From assembly GCA_000708835.1 (NCBI GenBank), contig DF237068.1, positions 100,568-164,567 of the forward strand: a stretch of DNA of 64,000 nucleotides, written 5' to 3'. Of the stretch, positions 46,024 to 56,800 are shown piece by piece. A program made the position numbers and the translations under genes. This DNA comes from Klebsormidium nitens (Eukaryota > Plantae > Klebsormidiophyceae). The notes under the pieces are model-generated. The model was not told the DNA's origin. It made no database searches and saw nothing but the letters and a program-made list of their open reading frames with translations. How positions within the stretch are numbered: position 1 is the first letter of the stretch; each line of letters opens with the position of its first letter.

Positions 46024-49000
46024 ATGCCAACTGTCAGTGTACAGCGCCAGCCTTGCAGCCAAATCGGAGCAGCGCATTCGCGCCAATGCCTTTCGTTAAA
46101 AGATGCGAACTCTGCTTTAGCACAAGTGCTGTCTCGTCACCCCACGAGAGCACAAGGCACCAGTCCTTTTTATTTGAACAGCCTGCTTTTGGCCCGCAGA
46201 CGGGTGCCATTCATTGCCCACAGTAAGCGCCACGCAGTAAATTCATTGCTCGGACAACAGTACAGCACACAAGGGAAGAGGAGGGGCAACAATTCAATCC
46301 GCTGCAATGCAGCTCTCTCGGTGGCGCTTCCCTTCGCCGGCGACGTTGACGCCTGGCGCCTCATCATTGAGCGCGCCACCGTTTTTTTTGCCATTCTAGT
46401 TGCTCACCTCGCCGGCTCCTCACAGCCCACCTGGGGATCCGGTTCATCCGGCCGCTTAGCCTTCTTACCAAGTCGGAAACCTTCTCAAGAATCGCCTCTC
46501 GTTGGCAGCGTCAGTTATACCAGCACGGCGGACTGGGGGGCCGATTGGGGTGACCAATGGGGTGGCGAAACATCAGCGGACCAAATCGCAGAACGGCGTT
46601 CCTCCAGCGAAAGCGCCACCACCTCCGAACCGGCCCCCGTCTTCCCACCAAGGATCTGGGGTGACATCAGCGACAAGCTGAGGGCGCCACCTGTCGCAAG
46701 GAAAGGCGCCCTCGTCGAGACGGTCCTGGCGACGTCGCCCGAGTTGAGCGTGCAGGGGTTAGCGAGGGAACCCCGGAGGCGCCTTTTGGCGGCAGCGCTT
46801 GGGGCGCTGCGAGAGTCAGTGGAGTTGCTTCCAGAGGAGATGGAAGAACTAGGCGTGCCAGAGTGGCGGGCGGCGAGTGAGGGCGTTTTGGTAGCGGCTG
46901 TGAGGGGGGCCAAGAGCGCATGGCTCGAAGAGACGGACCCAGAATTGGGGTCAAGAAAGCGAGTTAGAGATAACCTAGGTCTGAGCGAGAACGTGGTTGA
47001 GCAGTCAGAACCACTCTTGGCTGAGGTAAATGAGAAAGCTGTTGAGTCTAGTTGGATGCAGAGCCTTTTAGGGCGGAAACCGGGTTTGGGAGTAACCCAA
47101 GCGGGGTTAACCCCTGTCGAGACTGAAGCGGAAAGGTCAAAGAATGGAGCGGAAAGGCAAACCGGTGGGTCAGACGCTCGAGTGCCACAACGAGAACAGG
47201 GGTCCCGAGCAGAGTGGGGCGGATGGGGGGCGCCAGTGTTTCGAGTTGCCGAGGAGACTGATTCTAGTCTAGACGGAGTGCTTCAAAAGGAGTTGGCACT
47301 GATGGGGGACAAGTTGCCGCTGTATGAGGAGCTGCTGTTCTACCTGCGGTTCAAAAAATGCAGGTAAGCCCAAACTTTAGAACTGGTATGGCCCTCAGAA
47401 GGATTTCAAGCGTTCCGCATACATTTTGTGATCAAGTGGGAAGACTAGGTCCTTTGAGAATTCCAGGCTGAATAACAATTGAAATGGACAGATAAAATTC
47501 ATTGTCCGTTAGTGTCTGGATATCTGTACGATCTTCTGCATCTGGTTCCGAATTGCTGAGAAAGTTGTAAATCAAGCTCTCTCCGACCGGATTTGGATGT
47601 GCAACCCCATCAGAGAAAAGCTTTTGATGACTCAGCTGTTTTCAATTGTGTCCATTCAGGAAGCGGGAACAAGTCTAGAAACGCTGGCGGTTTGCAAGAA
47701 AGCTTTGCGTCAGAAACATCGTCTTGTTGTAATTTTGGAAGACTTTGAGAGCGAAGCAGCAGAGCGAAACTTTTCGGATGCCCTTTTTTGCATCAGAAGC
47801 CGTCTGTACATACACTCTGGTGCATGGATCAATCTAGTGCAATAGGAACTCCGGCTCAGCTCTTACGAAAGAAGGTCTTCTGAGGAGTTGATTTGTGTAC
47901 TTCAAAGGGCGGTCGAATCCAACGCGGACTGCTACACAGCAAACGCGTCGCATAAGTCAAAAAGGCATCATCTGCTTTGCGCACAATCCTAACCTAAACC
48001 TCCTCACGTTTCTCGTTCCCAGGCAAGGAACGAGGTTACCTCCCGGGGCCTTCACGAAGCACGCCTCCAAAGCACTGGAAGACCTCGTGCTGGCAGTTGC
48101 CGACGCCGTTGCATCCGACTGCATGAGCCTCGTCGGTTACAACCCCAGGTCCGGGGTTAAGTCCCTAACCCCAGAGCTTCTTAGATCAGAAGAGAAAGAC
48201 GAGTCTGGCCAATTTAGTGGGCGGGTTAACGATCCGAACGAACGGGGGAACGGGTTAGAAGGCGGGTTAGCGGACGGTTTGAGGGACGACAGTCGGAAAG
48301 TAGAGCAGTTGATGCAGCGGTTCTTGCACCCGAGGTTACGGTCGACCAGGGCTCTGGAGCGGTTTCGAAACGAGGTGAGCAAAATGAACCTGTTTTCAAG
48401 TTGTCCCTCATAATCGTATTGACCTAATGTCATCTTGAATATATGAGCGTTCATAGCTGTCTCGACTTTGTACCAGATCACCAATTAAGTTTTGCGTCTT
48501 TCGAACTTTCAGTTCAGGTCGGGCCGCTTGCTTCGAAGAAGATTCTATGCTGGCACGAAGTACGTCAATGTTTTCCTGCTGTCTCACCATTTGTCTTTCC
48601 TGACTCGTTCCACATCTAACATGCTACGCCTTGGTTTAAAAGCTTCGGAAGCAAAGAAGCTCGTGGAAACTGGCTTCGTTTGTTGAAATGTCACCAGCAG
48701 AAGTAACGTGGGTTGCAAAGGACGACGCAGATTTGTGACAACCCATCACATAACCTGGTTCCGCTTCCTTCGATTGCCTGGTTGAAACCAGAATTGTGGC
48801 CTTGATCTTGGTATCCTTTAAAAACCTTCAGCTTACCAATTGTATACTTCAGGTGTCGCTCCGTCGTTTCCTCCGGACGAAGCTGGCCTCCGTCTCAGCA
48901 TTAATCGACTAACCAATCGGGCATTGGCAGGTGTCGCTCCGACGGTTCCTCCGAACGAAGCTCGCCTCCGTCTCAGCACTGTACGAAGACCGGTACGACT

Positions 49001-49927
49001 TGTGGGGCCTGCGACAACAGCCGATCGCTGGCGGCTCTGAACCTTTAGAAGTCCCCGACTCCAAAGGCAGAAGAACCAGCCCGCGAACCAGACGGAAACC
49101 TCTTGCAAGTTTTGCGGGGCTGGGCCTTCTGGGGCGGAAACGGCAGGCGGAAATGGCGGAGGAGGATTGGGAAGTGGTCGTCGTGGGGCGGAGCATGCCG
49201 TGCCGACGAATTGCGGAGCTGCGGCGGCTAGGGGGATGGTGAGCGGTCGCTTATGAGCTCAAGAGCTATGACTTTTTGCCTGCTTATTTGTTTGCTATAA
49301 GAGAGTTACCCCCGAGCTCTGGAGGCTGGGGGGACGTTGAGCGGCCGCTTATCAGAGCCCATATGCCTTACGTATCTAGCTGCTTATTGCATCCGGTAGT
49401 GCAGAGAAGGAACAATTGAGATATGCCTTGAGACGGTAAATGGGTAGGAGTCCGTTGAAGAACCGTATCTCACCTGGATTCGGCTGCTTATTCTTGTCAG
49501 CCTATCGTTGCGGGTTCAGTACTTTTCCGATTTTGAGGGGTTTACTGTCGCTTGATGTGAAGTCCGATGTTAATCCTTGATTCTAGTCGCCAGGTGAGGA
49601 CTATAAGAAGGGAGTAGGATGGTGTTGCGAGCGGAAAGCACAAACCGGAAGAACGGAATCGAGAAACAACTTTGGTTCGAAGTCACGAAGAATCGATGGC
49701 TGGCCGCCCGTTTTACGAGCCATCACTTAGACAGAACCTTTGCTTTTTCATTTCGCAGGCAATTGCGGTACAGCATGATCCTCGAGTTCCTAGACGTGGC
49801 CGCTCCCATTCTCAACGGTCTCCTCATGAAGATGGGCGACTGGATCTCGTTCCTTCTAGTCACTATGATCGGGCGGTCGCTAGGCCTCATCTACAAGGGC
49901 ATCAAGCAAAGCTTGAGGCGTTCTTAA
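46024..49927 (+). CDS. DUF3685-family protein, probably plastid-targeted, 4 exons, about 722 aa
   Basis: Exons 46024-47363, 48023-48374, 48931-49238, 49759-49927. Motifs LYEELLFYLRF, LEDLVLAVADAVA, LRSTRALERFRNE, SALYEDRYDLW, RIAELRRLGGW and ISFLLVTMIGRSLGLIYKGIKQSL. Ser/Arg-rich N-terminus. Confidence 0.85.
48843..48912 (+). repeat. Intronic copy of the acceptor and first 16 codons of DUF3685 exon 3
   Basis: ttcag|GTGTCGCTCCGTCGTTTCCTCCGGACGAAGCTGGCCTCCGTCTCAGCA at 48853 versus the true exon at 48931. Confidence 0.9.
49314..49355 (+). repeat. Intronic copy of the 3' edge and mutated donor of DUF3685 exon 3
   Basis: GAGCTCTGGAGGCTGGGGGGACG|ttgagcggccgcttat versus GAGCTGCGGCGGCTAGGGGGATG|gtgagcggtcgcttat. 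Confidence 0.8.
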
Positions 49928-50848
49928 GAAAGCTTAACGGTTGAGGGCGATGCCAACCGGGGCCGCCTTCATCCGTAAGGTTTTGCAAGACTGGTATTGA
50001 TCAATGAGGAGGTATCATACTGCGCACTGTTCGCTGACTTCTGCGCTGCTTTTCACATCTCGGTCATCAATCTTGGTGGTTCACCTTTGTGGCGGATTAG
50101 CGTCAGTTGTGCCAATCGCTCTAGATGCCATGAGTCATTCCGCATACTGACCGCTTGATCATTGCCATGCATGCCGTTGCAACCATGGAATATCCAACAG
50201 GTCCGAGTCCGATCATCAATCCCGTACGACCACTTCAAGTTGGACGAGTCTTCTTCTATATTCTAAGGACCAGCTTAGTGAGGAGTTATAGTTGAGTTGA
50301 GGGCTAAGAAGGGCCGGGCGGCCCCGCCACATGCGACCTAAGTGTGAGAAGGAAATGTAAAGCCTTCGAGTCCGACGTACTGAGCTGGACTATTGTGATG
50401 ATTGAGCAATTACAGGCTGTTACATTAATTGGAAATATTCAAATGTCCATGTTGCAATTATAGTACACAAGTACCCGGAAACTATTAATCAATGGACCTT
50501 ATTGTAACCCATGTCAGAGCCTGTCCATATAGTGCGTCGAAAGCAATGTCTACAGTGTCTAAGTACTCTACTTGCGCAGCCAGGACTTGCTAGGCAACTA
50601 GCTAAAGAGGATTGGAGGCAGCCTTCAAACGACCCAGTGTGCTGATGCTTGTACCGTTCTGAAAACAATTGACATCACCTTGATAGGATAGCTTACTATG
50701 GAATATTTGCGTTCAGATTCCTGCAATAGCTCCGGCCACTCATACGAAAACCCGCATGCATGTGGCGGTGTGTCACTGCTGATGGCTTTGCTTCGCGATA
50801 TGATCTCTGTGATGCGCGGCCCCTCGAGATTCTACACCAGTAATGGGA

Positions 50849-53800
50849 CTACTCTAGTATAGGGGGATCCGCAGCTTTAGAAGGCGTTGGAGGGTCCGGT
50901 GCTTGATAAGGAACCAGACGCGTCGAGTCGGATCGTCGCACTCGGTGGCTCGTCTCCGTTCCTTCTTCGCGTTCAATGGGCGAGAATCCAAAGCCTCCGA
51001 AACTGGGCCGCATGAACTTGTTGTCGAAGGCGCGCCATAGCCGGTGTGCAGTACCTACACTCGACAGTTTTCCACGTTGTAAGAAGTACAAGCTATCACC
51101 ATCTCTTGAAAGTTTGTTAAAGGGCTCTGAACAGGTTTATGAAGTGAAAACGACAGTATCTGAAGTCACGATGCGTGACTCTCAATTTGTTGTAAGTAGT
51201 TGCAGGCACCGAGCTGCATGCGTTTGTAGGTTACTATATGACTTTCAAGAAGACATCCCGCCGATCAGGCACTCCACACGTTAGCCAGTCCACCTCGAGC
51301 CGCTTCTGGGCATTCCGAGTGTCTCTGCTCGTGAACAGTACTTGCGACTTGATCCGTCCAAGCGCCAAAACCGGATTCCATTTCTTTCTTCTTCCCTTCT
51401 TTGCCTCTTATGTGCAGACGTCGCTCACCCGACGGCGCCGCCAGCAGGGCCGTGACGCTGGGCCCTGACGTCAGGCTGCTGATGGGCAGAGCGAGGTCGA
51501 AATCCATGGACCCCCCCGAGTAACTCCCGCCGGACAGCAGCGGAGCGGCCAGGCCGTTCTCCCTGCCGTTGCGACTGATGCGGCCTGGGGGGGGGTAGGC
51601 GGCGGTATGTGCCGCAGATGATGGGGGAGGACCCACTCAATGATGGGCTTGCTGACGCTGCCAAATGCCTGCAGGGGGGGGGGAGATTGAAGCAATCTGC
51701 AAGCATGCGTTTTCTCCCATTGTTCACTGCAGTCTCTGCTCAGCGAACGGGGCAGACGTATCAGAAAGGACCCACTCAGATCTGGGACCCACTCAATGAG
51801 GGGTTTGCTGACGCTGCCAAAAGCCTGCAGGGGGAAAGAGATTGGGACCATCTACAAGCAGACGTTTAGTGGAGTCTCTTTTCATGTGGTCGAGGGTACA
51901 GAGTAATACAAGATCCCTGCGTCGTTACAATTGAAGGATTTGGGGAGCCCAACACTAGCTTGTCAGCCCAAAAGAACAGCGCAGAGGAGGGTGAAGACTT
52001 GACTTGACTGTGCATCACGAAAACAACCGTCCGTTCAGCAAAGCTGTAAAAACAGGCGCGAGATCCTGCCGGGAAAGGAAGAAACCTCTTTTGATCTGCT
52101 GCGGGTTACTATTGGAACCGTCCAAGCAATGTCGTCTGAGTCCAAAGCTTCAGGGCAGAATACCGCAATGTGCTTCCGTTCGCTTCGAGAAGAATACTGT
52201 GCCGTCGAAAGAGGACCAGTGCGGCAGTAGAGAGAAAGCCTGGCTTCGAGATGCCGGACATGACAGCAGGGGTGCTAGATCCCTCGAAGCACTCATACGA
52301 AAACACGAACGAAAATGGACCACCCAGCATTGGAAAACTTGATATGCACAGAGCGCCCCTGAAGCAACGACGACGGACGGACGGATTTTGGGCGGAACGG
52401 AACGGAACGGAACGGCTTACCAACGTGGAGAAGAGGACAACGGCCATGGTGGTTGCGATAACGGTGGCGTGCTCGGGGTTCTGAGTGTCGCCGCTTTGCG
52501 AGAACTGCAGGGAAAGAGGAGCACGAGCGAAATTAAGATTGGGGATTAGCTAACCCGAAAACCTGCGGGCTCGACGGCTTACTCCTCCAAATTACAAAGT
52601 AAGGGCCTAAGGTTAATAAATTGTGTTTCAACAAGGAAAAGGACGGTTGATCAAGCTGGCTTTTCTTGAGTGGCACAATCAGAAGCGCTAGAAGCAAACC
52701 TTCTTCGCAGAGAACTACTGACAGACCACTACATGCATGCTGATTTGATGGTTTAAGAGGGTTAACTGCCTATGGTTCCACTTTTCAACATACCGGATTT
52801 ACGGTTTTCTTGCTCAGAAGCGGCTTCGTCTGCGGAACAGTCCACGCCAAAACCTCTTTGCAGAATCCTATGAGCTCACCTGAGAATAGGCCAGTGCGAT
52901 TGACACAGCGCCGCGCATCAAGCCAGACCACCAGATGATAATCTGTCAGAGCGTCCGGGCGTCAGCAATGATGCCAATCTCGAAAGACGCGAATTTCTCC
53001 GGTATCGGCAAAGAAGAAGGCAACAGCAGACATGACCGTCATGACCGCCAATGACCATTATAATCAGCAATCAACGTGAAAATTTAGGTGAGCACCTGGC
53101 CGGGAACGTCATTGCAGTCAGATGCAGCAGACAACCGGACCTTTGCTGACACAGAAGGTAAGATTCACTCTCGCTCTGGATTTCACTCTCGATCTGGATG
53201 TAAGTGAACGCCTCGTTCGGAAACGGCAGCCGCTTTCTCTCGCCTTTGGTGAAGACAAAATGCAGACCTCATCATGAAAAGCCTCCACGATTGTCCTTCG
53301 CTTTCACCACCTTTTGACAAACTGGCACGACGCAAGCGGCATTCATAACCTGCCATTCATAAACCCATTTCACTAACCTAGACAGCTCTAAAATAACGCT
53401 CAGTTCTTTTGATAAGCCGCCTTTGGACCCAAAGCTAACGACACGGGCTGACCTCCTCAAACTTCAGTATTTCGTGGCTGTCTAGACAGACAAATCTAAG
53501 AATGGCACTGACCTGATGCCTGATTGTGATGCGGTTGTTTGAACCCCGGGTGCGGTTCGCAATGGCGGAGATTGGGAAGACAAACGCGGCGCGTCCCACC
53601 AGAGTTGCAATCAGAAGAACGGAGAACATGCCGAGCGCTTCGCTGCAAAAACAGAAAGATTGGTCCATCAGGGACAAACGGTCATGTGTCAGATACGAGG
53701 CTGGAGAAGGCTCTAACTGGATAGACTTCGCGAAAAACCAGGTTTCTTCGAGTTTGAGAGGCCTTTCACCGCTAGCCACACGTCATTTCGTAGTAAGGCT

Positions 53801-56800
53801 TTGACAGGTTGCCTCGCTGCACTCGAAAAAATAGTCTTTTTATGGGTTCACTTCGTGGGCTATCGTCCACAGCTGCGCTGAAAAACACGTCGAAAAGCAT
53901 ATGGGGAAAAGTCTTCAGCAGCAAGTCGCATGCCCGACGGGCCCGCAATTGGGTGCAATATGCAAATTCGCAAATGGTCAAATAAGTGCAACAACAAGGT
54001 TGAAGATTCTCACAAAAGACCGGCAAGCGGCTGACGAGCTTAAGGAGTGATGGCGATCGACCAGGACCACTATGGTGTCATGTCTCCGCAGAATTCGTAA
54101 GGTGGGTTTGATTCCACTTACAAGCAGAAGCGATTGCAACATCCTATCCAACATCAGCACTGGTTGAAAAGCGCACGCTCAGAAAACTCTGTCCAAAAGA
54201 AGCCTAGACTAGCCACATTTCGAGGCACAGCGGCTATGCAGGGACGGCGAAACAAAACCGTCGATGGTTACTGTTTTTCAGAAGGGTTTCAAGGGTTCCA
54301 AAAGATGAGCTGCCACGTGGCACTCACGTGGAGTGCGTCTGCTTCCATTTGGTCATCTCGACCCCGTCCAGTCCGACGTACAAAAAGATGAAGGTCTCGG
54401 CGATGAAAGACATGGTCGCAAACGCGTGCCTGCAAATAAGAACTATCGGCTTGAGGAGCAGGGTTAAGGTTAAGGTTAGGGGGAAGAAGGTCACGAGGGT
54501 TCCGCTTGAGAGTTATAAATTCTAGGGGTTTGACATAATCAATCTGGAATGCGAGGATAGAAGTTGAGACATGAAAATCTCAAAGCTTACTTTCTCAAAT
54601 TCTCAGGAATTGAAGATCCGGGTTGGTTCGCCTGAATTGTAGAAGAGTGTGAGTGGCTTGCTTGCTAACTAATATGGTTCGACGGCCTTCGACAAAATTT
54701 CATCAGCGAACAGTCCAGTGTCAAAATGCGAGAGCTTACGACTGTACTCGAGCGAGGGTTGGGAATATCAGCGGTCAATTATGCTTACAGCAACAAGTAC
54801 CCTTACTTTCCTAAAGTTTAGAGCTCAGGAGAGTAAGGAACGAGGTTGCAAAGGCGGCCGTCGAAATCTGTAACCCATCCGTCGTCTGATGCTACAAAAC
54901 AAAGGCGGCCGTCGAAATCTGAAACCCATCCGTCGTCTGATGCTACAAAACAAAACCTGCAGCCTGTACCAAGCAGTCCCGGATTGCAGAGCAGTAGTGA
55001 CGTCAACTCACCGTGTGGTGATCCTCGAGCTCTCTGTGACGTTGTGCCACGTGTAGTGTGACATCACGATGCCGCAGAAGAAGACGGTCAGGATGCTGCT
55101 GAGCTGGGCCATCTGCGGAGGCGGCTTTCATGTTTCAATCCTGCAGACCTGATGCTTCTCTTTCGTGACTTGCCTGGTGCCTCACTTGCCTCTCAGCAGA
55201 ACGATATCTCGTGGCAAAGTCTTGGATACAGTCTCTGGCAATCTTACGGTGCTGCTCTTCATCTCCCGATGTTGCGACACCACAAAAGGATGGTATGAAG
55301 CAAAATCTAAGTATAACGTTTAAAGGAGTCTCAAGAAGTCACAGGGAAGGATTAACTTTCGCGAGAAAGATGCTGCGGCAACGAACAGACCCATCCTCGG
55401 TCCGCTTTCTCAATCCTGATTGATGAACCAATGATCCTTCCGGCAATGCGTAAGCTCTAGGTTTCCACCCCGGCTTCGGAGGCCATCAATCGAGACACGC
55501 CTTATCAACACAGCTTTGTTCGCGAATTGTTAGATCTTCCCACTATAAATGTGAGCGCTCTTTGTAGGAGCGGTTGCTCAAATGAAGATGGATCATAATA
55601 AGGAAAGGAACCCGCAAATCTGCTCACCTCCGCCATGATGTAGGACAAGTAAGCCATGAGAATCATCACGGCAATCTCCCGGTCCGTTGAGTGCTTGCCC
55701 AGGTACAGGCGCTTGATCGTGTATGCACTGAGAAGGCCGACCTGCAAGAAGTTGCCAAGTTTGTTCTCCGTTGATTTACAGCGCTTCTCAAGCGAAACGC
55801 TAAGTCTTTGAGGATGTGGGGAAATTTGATAGTTGGACGGCAAAGTTAGTCAAGTCCAAACCACCTAATGCGGCAACTAAGTTCGACTAACTTTCAAGGT
55901 TTCCTGTCAAGGGGCCCCTTGCATAGCACTGTAAGCTGCAAAAGAGCCATCAACAGGTCAGTAGATGCGCTTGTGAATCAAGCCGATAGGCAGACACACA
56001 CGACTCAAAGACAGCCCAGCGCGCACACCGCAGTACAATCCAGAGGTTTGCAGCTCACCCCGACTCCAAGCGCCGTGCTAGCCAGGAGGAGATAGACAAA
56101 GTTGAGCAGGATGTTGAGGTAGACGCCCGCGCTGAACTCCGCAACGTTGAAGGTCTGGAAAGCTGCAGGGGTCCTACAAAGGGGTCATCACTTAGCTTCC
56201 ATCTGGGGGCCTTAGCCGATGGTCTGGGCTGTTTTCCTCTCACAAAGAAGCTTATACCCGCGGTCTAATGCGGACCACTGTCTTTGAGGGAGACTAGAGT
56301 GGAGCTGTTTCCATGCACCCCGAGACCTGCGGTCGATTCATGCGAGGCACAGTTCCAAAATGCGGCCTGCGACGCAGTCCCAACCTTCAAACGAAGCACA
56401 GGCGAGACACGGTGTGGCTGCGATTTGCGGGGCTGGTCGAAGCAGGTTGCCTCCTTACGGAGATTCGAACCAGGCTGTCATGAATCAAATAAACGGCACT
56501 GGACATCGTACATACGGATCGTGCGAATCGAATCCAAGCTCGTGTTCGAGCTGGAGGCAGCCATTCGCATACCTCGAAAGAGGACGACGGTTGTGGCATC
56601 GTTAACCACTCCCTCCCCAAACACGAGACCTGCAGGCATGACAGTCTGTCTAACTCTTCTCCTCTTCACCGTCGAGCTTCACAAATCTTGACTCCTTGAA
56701 AATCGAGCATGAGAACATATTGATTGCATTGAACAGACGACATCGTTGGCCTTCGCTTGTATCTTTCGAATCGTAGGGGCGAACGGACAGCATGAGATTG

